Source of the DNA: Mobula hypostoma
Lineage: Eukaryota
Length of the DNA: 64,000 bases
NCBI RefSeq assembly: GCF_963921235.1
Contig: NC_086109.1
Location: forward strand, 7,194,001 to 7,258,000
Direction: 5' to 3'
A program made the translations under genes and the position numbers. Positions 12,392 through 24,642 of the stretch are shown piece after piece. The notes under the pieces were generated by a model. It was not told the origin of the DNA and searched no databases. It saw only the letters and a program-made list of their open reading frames with translations. Position 1 is the stretch's first letter; every line of letters starts with the position of its first letter.

Positions 12392-13526
12392 AGAATTTCG
12401 TTCGCCTCCTGAGGAAACAGAGGCACTGATGAACTTTCTTGGCCGTGGGGTCTTTGTGGTTGGGCCAGGACAGGCTATGGGTGAAGTTCATAGCACAGGG
12501 CTTGAACCTCTTGAGAGGTGATTATAGTGGACTTAGTGCATGATGATTAGAGGCATAGAGTGGACATCAAGAGACCTTTTTCCAGGACAAAAATGGCTAC
12601 TATGAGGGGGCACATTTTAAGACAATTGAAGGAAAGTATAGAGGGGTGGAGGAGAGTCAGAAGTTTTTTTTAACAGAGAGTGGTGGGTGTGTGATGAGCC
12701 CTGCCAGGGGTGGTGTTAGAGTCCGATACATTTGGGACATTTAAGACTCTTTGATTGGCAGATGGATGAAAGAAAAAAATTGGGAGGGAAGGTTAGATTG
12801 ATGTTGGAGTAAGTTAAAAGGTTGGCACAGGATCATGGGCCAAAGGACCCAGTACTGTGCTGTAACACACATACATACACACACACAAAATGCTGGAGGA
12901 ATTCAGCATTTTAAGTGCGTTGCTTGGAATGCTAGCATCTGCAGATTTTGTGATTGGAGTACTGTGCTGTATTGTTCTATGTTCTATGTTCTCTCTACCC
13001 TCTTGACCTCAGCACCATTGATGGAAAGAGGAGCATGTGTTTCTCCTGGATGCTTTGGTGACACTGAGGGGAAAGCCATTGTCATCTATCTTATTTACTT
13101 ATTTATTTCAGAGAGGCAGCACGGAACAGGGCCCTCTGGTCCAACGAGCCGCATCACCCAGCAACGCACCGATTTAACCCCAAGCCTAATCACAGGACAA
13201 TTTCCAATGACCAATTAACCTACTGGCCAGTAGACTTTGGAACGTGGGAGGAAACTGGAGCACTTGGAGGAAACCAAAGAGCTCATGGGAAGAACATACA
13301 ACTTTTCTTACAGAGGACACTGGAACTGAAGTCCGAACTCTGACGCACGGGGCTTTGATGGTGTCACACTTTCTATCCTGATCTGTCCTGTTGAGTCCCT
13401 CCAGAATCTCTAAACAACGTTGACAACGTTCTTCCTAACCTTCTCTCCGTGATCTGAAACATCGTGTCAACTATTAAACTATTCCTGAATAAAATCTCTC
13501 ATTGTCTCTTTAACTTTCTGTGACTC

Positions 13527-13949
13527 TATTTTTTATTTCTAGAAGAAGGGGGAGGGATCTTTTTGAAATCTATTGAATATTGAAAGGCCTAGATACAGTG
13601 GACATGGAGAGGATGTTTCCTATTGTGGGGAGTCTAGGACCGGGGGTACTGCTTCAGTATAGAAGGATGTCCCTTCAGATCAGAGATGAGGAGGAATTTC
13701 TTTAGCCAGAGGGTGGTAAATCTGTGGAATTCATTGCTACAGGCGGTTGTGCAAGCCAAGCCATTGCATACATTTAAAATGGAGGTTGATATGTTCTTGA
13801 TTAGGAAGGGCATCAAAAGTTTATAGGGAGACGGCAGGAAAATGGGTTGACAGGGATAATAAATCAGCTATGATGGAATGGCGGAGCAGACTCAATGGGC
13901 CAAATGGCCTAATTCTGCTTCTATGTCTTCTGATTGTGTGAACTAATGT
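13527..13949 (+). mobile_element. CR1 3' fragment inserted into a duplicated segment
   Basis: CR1 C-terminus/3' UTR sequence; putative TSD actc at 13523-13526 and 13950-13953; empty site seen in the paralogous segment at 48274-48277. Confidence 0.8.
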
Positions 13950-14949
13950 ACTCAGAAGAATTTATTGCATTTCTTATCTCAATTGAACTCAATCTCAAGA
14001 GATGGTTGTGCTTGCCTGGTAATTAATCCGCTCTTGTAATCATTAATAATTGGGGAGATAATTGGCAGTCGGTGCGATTAAATAAAGCACTTAGCAGGAG
14101 TTGACTTTATAGCGTACAATTCAAAAGTGTGAGGGCACCAGAGGGATGAATAATGGTTTGGAATTTTTTTTATATAAATCCTCGCAGAACTTGCTCGTTA
14201 GCTAAATGGAAAACATTAGTTGGATTATGATTGCTCAGGCTGCAGAGTTTTTAATGTGGATGTTGTAACCCATCTCCCTCATCTCCCGTATGTTGGTTCA
14301 CACAAGGGAAACATGCTTTAAATAAATATTGGTGCCTTTAATATCAGAACATGCGAAACAAGGTGGATTATAAGGAGGGAGGCGGATGTGACGAGGCTTC
14401 AAGGAGATATGTATAACATGGGTGAGTGGGTGAGAACATGGCATATGGAATAGAAAGCAGAACGATGTAAGGTCACCTACTTTTGTGTACTGAATAGAAA
14501 ACTGGATTAAATTATAACCGATGAGAGTGGGGAATGCTACTCGAAGGGACCTAAATGTACTTGTTTGTGAGTTGCTGAGTCACTGTGCAGATTAAGCAGA
14601 GACACAAGAGAGTGCAGGTACAGATATCTCATAGAGTATTGAGCAATACAGCAGAGGTGCAGGCCCTTCGGCCCGACCCATCCCTGCTGACCAATGTGCC
14701 TGGCCAGCTAGTTGTCTGCAACACACACAAAATGCTGGAGGAACTCAGCAGGCCAGGCTGCATCTATGGAAAGGAGTAAACGGTTGATGTTTTGGGCCGG
14801 GACCCTTCAGCAGGACCAGTTTCCTGCGTTAGTTTCCCCTCTAAGCCCCACCCTTCCACAGACCTGTCCAAGTGCTCTCTGGAGTTAAGGACAAACTGTT
14901 GGAGGAACTCAGCTGGTCAGGCAACATTGAAATGATAAAAGAAATAAAA

Positions 14950-16200
14950 GATGAGCTTTACTTGTCACAAATAACCATAACAGAATCAATGAAAGACCAC
15001 CCAACCAAGGCATTCAACCGGAGTGCAGAAGCCAGCAAACTCTGCAAGTGAGAAAAGAAAGAAATAATAATAATAAATAAATAAACAATAAATATCGAGG
15101 ACATGAGATGAAATGTCCTTGAAAGTGAATCCATTGGTTGTGGAAACATTTCAATGATGGGGCAAGTGAAGTTATCCCCTTTGGTTCAGGACCCTGATGG
15201 TTGAGGGGTAGTAACTGTTCCTGAACTTGGTGGTGTGAGTCCAGAGGCTCCTGTACCTTCTTCCTGATGGCAGCAGTGAGAAGAGAGCATGGCCTGTGTG
15301 GTGGGTATCCCCGATGGTGGATGCTGCCTTCCTGCGACAGCTTTTCATGTAGAAAGACATCCTTGCCATAGAGGGAGTACAAAGAAGGTTCACCAGATTG
15401 ATTCTTGGGATGGCAGGACTTTCATATGAAGAAAGACTGGATCAACTAGGCCTATACTCTCTGGAATTTAGAAGATTGAGGGGGGATCTGATTGAAACGT
15501 ATAAAATTCTAAAGGGATTGGACAGGCTAGATGCAGGAAGATTGTTCCCGATGTTGGGGAAGTCCAGAACGAGAGGTCACAGTTTGAGGATAAAGGGGAA
15601 GCCTTTTAGGACCGAGATGAGGAAAAACTTCTTCACACAGAGAGTGGTGAATCTGTGGAATTCTCTGCCACAGGAAACAGTTGAGGCCAGCTCATTGGCT
15701 ATATTTAAGAGGGAGTTAGATATGGCCCTTGTGGCTAAAAGGATCAGGGGGTATGGAGAGAAGGCAGGTACAGGGTTCTGAGTAGGATGATCAGCCATGA
15801 TCGTACTGAATGGCGGTGCAGGCTCGAAGGACCGAATGGCCTACTCCTGCACCTATTTTCCATGTTTCTATGTGCTCAATGGTGGAGAGGGCTTTACCTG
15901 TGATGGTCTGGGTCATATCCACTACTTTTTGGAGAATTTTCCATTCAAAGACATTGGTGTTTCCATACCAGGCTGTGATGCAGCCAGTGAATAAACTCTC
16001 TGCACATCTATAGAAGTCTGTCAAAGTTTTCGATGTCATGCAGAATTTTCAGAAATTCTTAAGGAAGTAGAGACACAGCTATGCTTTCTTTGCACTTGCA
16101 CTTACATGCTAGGCCCAGGACAGGCTCTCGGAAATGATAACTCAGGAATTTAAAGTTGCTGCTCCACCTCTGACCCTCTGACAAGGACTGGCTCATGGAC
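14950..16200 (-). mobile_element. Rex1/Babar-like LINE 3' portion, split by a CR1
   Basis: Minus-strand FYRCAESLFTGCITAWYGN...LQKVVD at about 15870-16040 and KSCRRKAASTIGDTHHTGHALFSLLPSGRRYRSL at about 15170-15350. Confidence 0.8.
15352..15872 (+). mobile_element. CR1 LINE 3' end, young subfamily
   Basis: Open frame ...GLSYEERLDQLGLYSLEFRRLRGDLIETYKIL...GYGEKAGTGF, nearly identical to the end of the 42773-44230 ORF. Confidence 0.92.
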
Positions 16201-16891
16201 CTCAGGTTTCCTCTCTCATCCATACTGACCAAGATGCCCACTTCAGCTAATCCCACATTTGGTCCGTATCCCTCTAAACCTTTCCTGTCCAGCTTCCTTT
16301 GGAAATTTCCTTTCAATCTCTCATATTCTGGCATGGGGGGAGAGGTGTTAGACAAACCCATAACTCTAAAATTCAGGCTGATTATTGTGATCTCTTGTTT
16401 TTATGATTGTGGTTGTTCAGGCTGAAAGGAAATGAGAAAAATAACTTTGCTGTCACTCATTTATTCAGATATTATAAACACAGTCAGGATTATGTTGGAT
16501 TTCATTTGATTACCACTCAACTGTACTCAATTGAAAACATGTGAATTCTTGGGGGCTGCGATGTTTTCAATTAGGTACAACACTTTGAAGGTTTATTTCA
16601 AAATTGCATGAAAGAAACAACCCCGGTATCAGGGTTATTAAATCTGGATTCATGATAATTTCAGAACAGTAGTCCAATGCTTCTAAGTTACAAGCTCCGT
16701 ATTGTGACCAGGTCATTCAACAGCAGAGGTGCTCGACTGTAGAAAGCTAGGCTGTGTTCGGAGGGCAGCTTGTGTCTCAATATGATGTTAACTGAAGCAA
16801 CTACCTCAACTGTGGCAGTAAAAGGCATGGTCAGTAAATTTGCGGTTGACACTACAGCAGGTGGAGTTGTATCAGGAGTTACAGACTTGGT

Positions 16892-17462
16892 AGCTTTGTA
16901 TCACAAGATGCTAGAAGCAAAGTAGAAATAAAAAGAAGAGTTGCCATTGCCAAAACCAACTTCCAAAAAATGAAACCCATTTTTACCAACAGACATATTT
17001 TTATGAAAACAAGGCTTAGGCTACTAAAATGTTACATCTGATCAATCTTGCTGTACGCTTCCGAATCATGGACTATAACACCAGAACTCCAAAGAAACTT
17101 AGAAGCAACAGAAATGTGGTTTCGTAGAAGAATGTTGAAAATATCATATAGAGATAGGGTAACTAATGAGACAGTACTCCAACGTGCCCATACAAAAAGA
17201 TCTTTAATGAGAACATTAAATGAGAGGAAATTTAAATTCCTGGGCCATGTCACCAGAAAGGGAGAAATAGAATGCCTTACATTACAAGTCCGTATGCCTG
17301 GGAAATGCAGAAGAGGAAGGCAAAGAAGAAAATATATGGACACTGTGAAAGAATTAACAGATCTAAGTGTGCGAGATATCATTGATGCTGTGAGGGATCA
17401 TTCGATGTGGAAAACCATGATCACCCAAGCGTGTGTAACACGCAAGGCACATGAAGAAGAGG
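16892..17462 (+). mobile_element. RTE-clade (BovB-like) LINE, 5'-truncated
   Basis: EIKRRVAIAK...RLLKCYI*SILLYASESWT...EATEMWFRRRMLKISYRDRVTNETVL...FLGHVTR...GKCRRGRQRRKYMD; (gaa)n tail; exact 11-bp TSD acagacttggt at 16881-16891 and 17463-17473. Confidence 0.92.
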
Positions 17463-18289
17463 ACAGACTTGGTTGTCCCACACCCATCAGGGAACAGGCT
17501 TTACAGCGTTCACTCCAGGACCATTAGACTCAAAAACAGTTACTTCCCGCAAGCCGCCATCCATGAACTCACCCCACCTCCCCCACCACTACGTATCACG
17601 TAGTGTCACTTTATGTACATGCAAGGTTCAAAGTTTAATTATACTGTACACAACCTTGAAGTTTGTCTTCTTACAGACAGCCACAAACCGAAGAAACCCA
17701 ATAGAACCCATTAAAAAAAAGAAAGCTGACAAACACGCAGTGTGCAGAGAAAAAATTGTGCAAACAATAGAAGTAAGCAAATAGCACTCAGAACTGAAGT
17801 CCACAGAAGTTCACACAAAGCCAGTCATCACTGCAGCCAATTCAGAAGCCCGTCAGTTGCAGGCCACAGCCTCAGTTTAGCGCAGAGGGGAGCAGACAGT
17901 TGACACTGAAGAGTTTCAGCCTGAAATGTTGACTGTTCATTCCCCTCCATAGATGCTGCCCGACCCGCTGAGTTCCTCCAGCATTTTGTGCCTGTTGCAA
18001 TCAGAATCAGATTTATTGTCACTGATATAAGTCATGAAATTTGTTGATTTGTGGCAGGCAGAACAGATTTCTATAGGTTACAATGTGATAAATAACCAAT
18101 AAGTAGTGCAAAAAGGGTTCGTGGACCATACAGAAATCTGATAGTGAGGGAGAAGAAGCTGTTCCTAAAACATTGAGTTTTCAGGCTCCTGTGCCTCCTC
18201 CCTGATGGTAGCAAAGAGAAGAGGGCGTGCCCTGGGTGATGAGGGTGGTGAGGTCAGACCAGGATTCCGTAGGAACAATGACGCTACCA

Positions 18290-21200
18290 AGTGGTCACGG
18301 GGAGAAAGTACGAACTCTTTACAGACAGTGGTGAGAATTGAACCTGGGTTGCTCGTGCTATAACAGCGTTACATTAACTGCTACGTTGCCATGCCACCCC
18401 ATGGAAAGAAGGAAAAATGAGCTTTATTTGTCACATATACATCAAAACATTGAGATATACAGTGAAATACGTCGTTTGTTTCAACAGCCAACACAATCTA
18501 AGGATGGGCTGGGGGCAGCCAGCAAGTATCGCTACGCTTACGGCCCCAACGTGGCACGTCCACAACTTACCAACCCTAGCCTGCATGTCTTTGGGATGTG
18601 AAAGGCCTCTGTGGCATATTTTTGCGCTTATGACCCAAGTGTGGAGAAGGACACTGAAGCGGATTGACACTGTAATGAGAACTGTTGCAGAATTAAAGAA
18701 AAACAACAATAAACGCTAGTCTACAGGGCTGTCAGCTAAAACTCTCCAACTGGCACGTCCAGAACTTACTAACCCCGGAACGTGGAAGGGAACTGGCGCA
18801 GCTGGAAGAAACCCACTGCCCCTTGCCCCTGTGACAGACATTTGCGATTATGACTCGAGTGTGGAGGACTCTGCAGCAGATCAATTGTTCACTGACTGTA
18901 ATGAGAACTGTTTGTGAAATAAAGCAAAAAAAAACAATAAATGCTAAGCCAACAGGGCTGTTAACTAAAACTCTCAAACTGAAAGTTAACACCAACACTG
19001 CGGATGAAGCAGTGACTACATACTACTTGAATACTGCTCCTTTATAGCGTCAATTGAAATGATACCAATCTTTCCTGGACAAGGATGAAGGTAAGCAGAG
19101 AGCGTAGACATTGCTGTGATTTTGGTCAAGTCTCGACAAGACTGGAATGGAGAGGATGGGAGTTAAATACCACCAGAATGAGACAGTAATTAGCTGGACC
19201 GTGCACACTTGTGAGTGGGATTGCAAACCTCGTCCGCAGCCCGTCTGTGAGGGTCCACAGACCCGGGACAGAGTCTGTGACTGTGACACCTTGCCAAGGG
19301 CAACGCCTGCACAGAAGCATCAAGGAAAGCCGAGCTGCTTCTTGAGAGGAGGAAGCAGATCGAAGGTGGCTGGAAAGGGAACTGAGAACATTTGGAGCTT
19401 CTGTATCAGCCACAGTAAGTTAATGACGACTTGTTTTGCCTGAGGTCAGTTACTGGAAGCATTTAGAAAGAGTTGTTGAATGGAGTTGGATTAATTGTGG
19501 AAATGGAAAGTTTGACATCAGTATTGCAAGATATCTCTGGAGAGGAGTGCTGTTTTATCCTTGGTTGACTACAAAAGTTCGAGAAGACTGTATGTAGAAA
19601 TGCCCGATGGTAGCAATAAAAAGAGGGTATGTCCTGGGGGATGGGTGTCTCCATGATGGATGCCTCTTTCTTGAAGCATCGCTGTTTGAAAATGTCCCTG
19701 ATGGTGGGGAGGCTTGTACCCATTGTACCCACGATGGAGCTGGCTGAGTTTACCCCCCTCTGAAGCATTTTCGGATCCTATGCAGTGGAGCCTCCAACCC
19801 AGACGGTGATGCAACCAGTTAGAATGGTCTCCACTGTACACCTGCAGAAATTTGCTGGAGTCTTTGCTAACATATCAAAGCTCCTGAAACTCCCAGTGAA
19901 ATATAGCCACTTGCATGCCTTCTTCATGATTGCATCAAATGCACCTGACCTAAGAGATTTAGTTAAATTTCATTTCGAGTGACAGCACTGTAACAGGCCC
20001 TTCTCTCCCATTGAGCTATGCTGTCCAATTACACCCCTTGGGACCAATTAACCTCGTAATCCGTATGTTGGTGGACTGTGGGAGGAAACCAGGGCACCTT
20101 GAGGAAACCCACGCGGTCACGGAGAGAATGTACAAACTCTTTACAGACAGTGGCGGGAATTGAACCAGGGTCGCTGGGGCTGCAATAACGTTACGCTAAC
20201 TGCTACGTTGCTGTGCCACGCCCCTGGAAAAAAGGAAAAATTAGCCTTATTCGTCGCATGTACATCAAAACATTGAGACACACTGTGAAATATGTCGCTT
20301 GTGTCAACAACCAACACAGTCTAAGGATGGGCTGGGGGCAGTCTGCAAGGGTTGCTATGCTTTTGGCGCCAACATGGCATGTCCAGAATTTACTAACCCC
20401 GGAACGTGGAAGGGAACTGGTGTAGCTGGAGGAAATCCACGACCCCTTGCTCCCGTGACAGATATTCGCAATTACGACTCAAGTGCGGAGAAGGACTTTA
20501 CAGCAGATCAATTGTTCACTGACTGTAATAAGAACTGTCTGTGAAATAAAGCAAAAAAAAACAAAAACGCTAAGCCAACAGGGCCATTAACTACAACTCT
20601 CAAACTGAAAGTTAATGCCAACGCTGTGGATGAAGAAGTAGTGACTACATACTACTTGAATACTGCTCCTTTATAGCGTCAGTCGAAATGATACCAATCT
20701 TTCCTGGACAAGGATGGAGGTAAGCAGAGAGCGTAGATGTTGCTGTGATTTTGGTCAAGTCTCGACAAGACTGGAATGAGAGGATGGGAGTTAAATACCA
20801 CCGCAATGAGACAGTAATTAGCTGGAGCGTGCACACTCATGGGCGCAATTGCTGAACCAGTTACACTGCCTGTCTGAGAGGGCGCACGGGCCCGTGACTG
20901 TGGCACTTTGCCAAGGTTAATTTCTGCACAGAAACATCAACAAAGGGCTGGTCTGCTCGTTGAGAGAAGGAGACAGATTGAACGTGGCTGGAAAAGGGGC
21001 CAAGAATGTTTGGAGTTTATATATCAGCCACAGTAAGCCAATGATGATTTGTATGGCCTGAGGCGGATTACTGGAAGCATTTAGGAGTAACAGAGCTGGA
21101 TTAATTCTGGAAATGGAAAGTTTTAAACAACAGTTTGAGAAAACAGTATGTTTAGTGTGACCTACAAACGCCCAATGGCAGTAATGAAAAAAAGGGCATG

Positions 21201-23650
21201 TCCTAGGTGGTGGGGGTCCTGAATTATGGATAACACCTTCCTGAGGCATCGCGTTTAGACCATTTTCTTGATGGTGGAGTGGCTTGTGCCCACGATAGAA
21301 CTGGTTGACTCTACAGCCCTCTGCAGCTTTATCTGATCCTGTGTATTGATGCCTCCATCCCATACGGTGATGCAACTACTCAGATGGTACATCTATGGAA
21401 ATTCGCTGGAGCCTTTGGTGACTTACCACATCTCCCTGAAGCTTTATGATTGCATCAAATGCTTGTGCTTGACCTACGGGATTTAGTTTTATTTGATTTA
21501 AAGTGACAGCATGGTAACAGGCCCTTCAGGCCTGATGAGCCCTGCTGTCCAATTAGCCCAGTAATCCATCTGTCATTGGAATGTGGGAGGAAACCGGAGC
21601 ACCCGGGGGAAATCCATGCGGTCGTGGAGAGAACATGCACACTCCTTACAGACAGTGTTGGGAGTTGAACCCAGGTCGCTGGCACTGTAATTGGGTGACT
21701 CTGACCGCTATCGTACCGTGCCGTGGAAAGAAAGAAAAATAAGCTTTATTTGTCACATGTACTGGAGGGAGGAGAAGATGGTGGCGCGTCGCAGTGTGCG
21801 TGGCCAGTCCAGAAATGATATCGGTATTTGTTAAGTAGGTACCGTGCACAATTCTGATTTGATGGAGACAGACGTGAGAGTACGGAGGAACATCTGGAGA
21901 AACTTCTGAAATGCCTGTTTCGCTGCCGCTGGTACTGTGTGGTCCGGAATCTCCGGAGGAGAAGGCCTCTGAATCCTCGGTTTTGCTTGTTTCGGCGGCT
22001 GGGACGAGGTCAAAGGCGCTTGGCAGAGTATGGCGCTCGGGAGGCTGTATCGGAGGGGCTGGTCGGAGGCTCGAAGTTTTCGGACGGACTCAGAGTCAGC
22101 TGTCGGGTGCTTCCAATGCATCAGCAGTTGTCGGTGCCTGGAGGTTTATGGCAGGGACAGTTTCTCCCTTTTTGCCACCTGCTATCGGGGACTATCGGAG
22201 TCGATCAGGATTTGAGACTTTTTTTTTACCGTGTCCATGGTTTGCTCTTCATCAAATTATGGTATAGTTTTGCGCTGCTGTAACTATATGTTATAATTAT
22301 GTGGTTTTGTCAGTGTTATTCTTTGGTTTGTCCTATTTTTTTTGTGATATCACTGGAGGAACATTGTATCATTTTTCAATACATGCATTTCTAAATGACA
22401 ATAAACAAGGACTGAGTGTCCTCATAGTCTAATCTAATCTACTTCAAAGCATTGAAACATACAGCGAAATGTGTTATTTGTGTCAACAACCAACAGAGTC
22501 TAAGGATGTGCTGGGGGCAGCCAGCAAGTGTCGCCATGCTTCCAGCACCAACGTGGCATGTGCAAAATTTACCAACCCTAACCCATCTATCTTTAGAAAG
22601 TGGAAGGAAATTGGTACACCTGGAGAAAACCTTCTGACCCTTGCCTCTGTATCTGGAATTTGCAGATATGACCCAAGTGTGGAGAGAGTGAAGACACTGA
22701 AATGGATCAACAGTTCACCAACTGTAATGAGGACTGTTTGCGAAGTAAAGCAAAAAAAACAATAAATGCTAGGCTACAGTGTCATTAACTAAACCTCTCA
22801 GACTGAAGGTTAATGCCAACATTGCGGCTGGAAGCAGTGACTAAATACTAACTGAATACTGCTCCTTTACAACATCAATGGAAATGATACCAATCTTTCC
22901 TGGACAAGGATGAAGGTAAGCTGAGAATGTGGACATTGCTGTGATTTTGGTCAAGTCTCAACAAGACTGGAACAAGAGGAAGGGAGTTAAATACCACCAC
23001 AATGAAACACCAATTAGCTGGAACGTGCACACTCACAAGTGTGATTGCCAAATCTGTTCCGCAGCCCGCCCGTGAGGGTCCACAGACCCAGGACAGAGCC
23101 TGTGACCGGGACACCTTGCCAAGGGCAACGTCTGCACAGAAGCATCAGCAAAGGCCGATCTGCTTCTTGAGAGGAGGAAGCAGATCGAGCGTGGTTGGAA
23201 AAAAGGAGCTGAGAACATTTGGAGCTTCTGTATCAGCCACAGTAAATTAATGACGACTTGTTTTGCTGGAGTCCAGTTACTGGAAGCATTTAGAGGGAGT
23301 TGTTGAATGGAGTTGGATTAATTGTGGAAATGGAAAGTCTGACATCAGTGTAGCGGATCAGTAGAGTGGATCACTGTTTTATCCTTGGCTGACTACAACA
23401 GTTCGAGAAGACTGCATGTACAGTGTGACCTACAAAAGCCTGATAGCCCTAGTGAGAAGAGGCATGTCCTGGGTGATGGGGTCCTCAATGATGGATGTAG
23501 TCTTTTTGAGGCAGTCCTTTTGAAGATGTCCTCGGTGGTGGGGAGGCAGGTGTCCATGATGGAGCTGGTTGAGTTTGAGACAACTGCAGGTTTTTCCTAT
23601 TCCTGTACATTAGCACTTCAATACCAGACAGTGATGCAACCAGTCAGCTA
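18290..23650 (+). repeat. Tandem triplication of a ~1.5-kb unit (V-SINE + short repeat + non-TE core + Rex1 fragment)
   Basis: Units at about 18290-19940, 19940-21460 and 21460-23650 (the last with an extra insertion). Block gaaatgataccaatctttcctggacaaggatg is identical at 19056, 20685 and 22881. Confidence 0.92.
21764..22440 (+). mobile_element. ~680-bp non-coding retroposon, copy 1
   Basis: Starts ggaggagaagatgg; CpG-rich 5' half; AATAAA and (ctaat)n tail; short duplication act at 21761-21763 and 22441-22443; absent from the sister tandem units. Confidence 0.85.
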
Positions 23651-24301
23651 AGGAGGGATAATGATATAGGGTTCATGAGCTGATCGGAACTCTGGTAATG
23701 GAGGGGAAGAGGTTGATCATAAATCATTGAGTGTGGGTCTTAAGGCTCCTGTACCTCCTCCCTGATGTACTAACGAGAAGAGGACCTGTCCCATATGTTG
23801 AGGGTCCTTAGTGATAGATGTTGCGATTTGAGGCATAGCCTTCTGAGGATGTCTTCATTGGTGGAGAGGCTGGTGTCCACGATAGAGCTGGCTGAATGTA
23901 CACTCCACTGCAGTCTTTTCCGATTCTGTGCAGTGCCCCACCCCATACCACTGACTGAAATGCTTCCTACAAAAACCATATCTGAATCTGCTCCAGGACA
24001 AATTGGCTGTTGATTCATTAAAATGCTTCAGTCAGGCAACATGTTCCAAATCAAAGTCTCGGGAAACAGGAACAGTCATAACCCAAATATTATAGGATAT
24101 AGAACATTACAGCACAGTACCGTCCCACAAGGTTATGTCGACCTTTTAAGCTATTCTAAACTCATCTAATACTTCCCTCCCACATAGACCTCCATTCTTC
24201 TACCATCCATGTGCCTATCCAAGTCTCTAAAAGGTTCCTAATGTATCTGCCTCTACCACTACCCCGGCAGCATGTTCCATGCACCCACCACTCCCACTAA
24301 A

Positions 24302-24642
24302 CGGTGATGTTCTGGGGGCGGGCCGGGGGTGTGATTAATAGCCCGCCCCTGCATTTCTAATGACCAGCACTGTTTATTGTTCTTGTGTTAAAATGCTTTT
24401 GGTGGGAAGTTCCAGTTCATTTATTGTTACATTTTAGCTCGGGTTATACACTTGCTTGTGTGTTTGTGGGTCAACCTAACTGTAACTGGGGTGCTTGATG
24501 GTCACCTCCCTGTCTGTGTGAGACTGGTTGGGTTCACTCTCCGGGTCAAGGTGCCCGGTCTGTTTTGTGTTCATCACAATGAAACGGTTGTTGAGTTTAA
24601 CGAGCTTCCTCGTCTGTCATTATGGACCAAATGCTCACCACA
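24302..24642. mobile_element. Possible solo LTR
   Basis: About 340 bp of otherwise unexplained sequence with GC boxes and imperfect (c/t)ggtga...tcacca ends, lying between two parts of a CR1 tail. No TSD found. Confidence 0.3.

Noticed and set aside
19411..19440. cacagta as a possible V(D)J recombination signal heptamer in the tandem units
   Set aside because: No acaaaaacc nonamer at 12- or 23-bp spacing, and no V, D or J coding segment.
21040..21062. C/D-box-like ATGATGA...CTGA in tandem unit 2
   Set aside because: The boxes are too close together for a snoRNA and are not conserved in units 1 and 3.
19050..23114. Minus-strand ORFs ending LSRKDWYHF in all three tandem units, as a possible peptide family
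   Set aside because: Similarity is expected from the duplication alone. A 1-nt indel shifts the frame in copy 1, the starts are non-ATG, and I recognise no homology.
18290..23650. CRISPR-like or prokaryotic repeat array
   Set aside because: The units are kilobase-scale and diverged, with no short repeat-spacer pattern or cas genes, and the context is eukaryotic.
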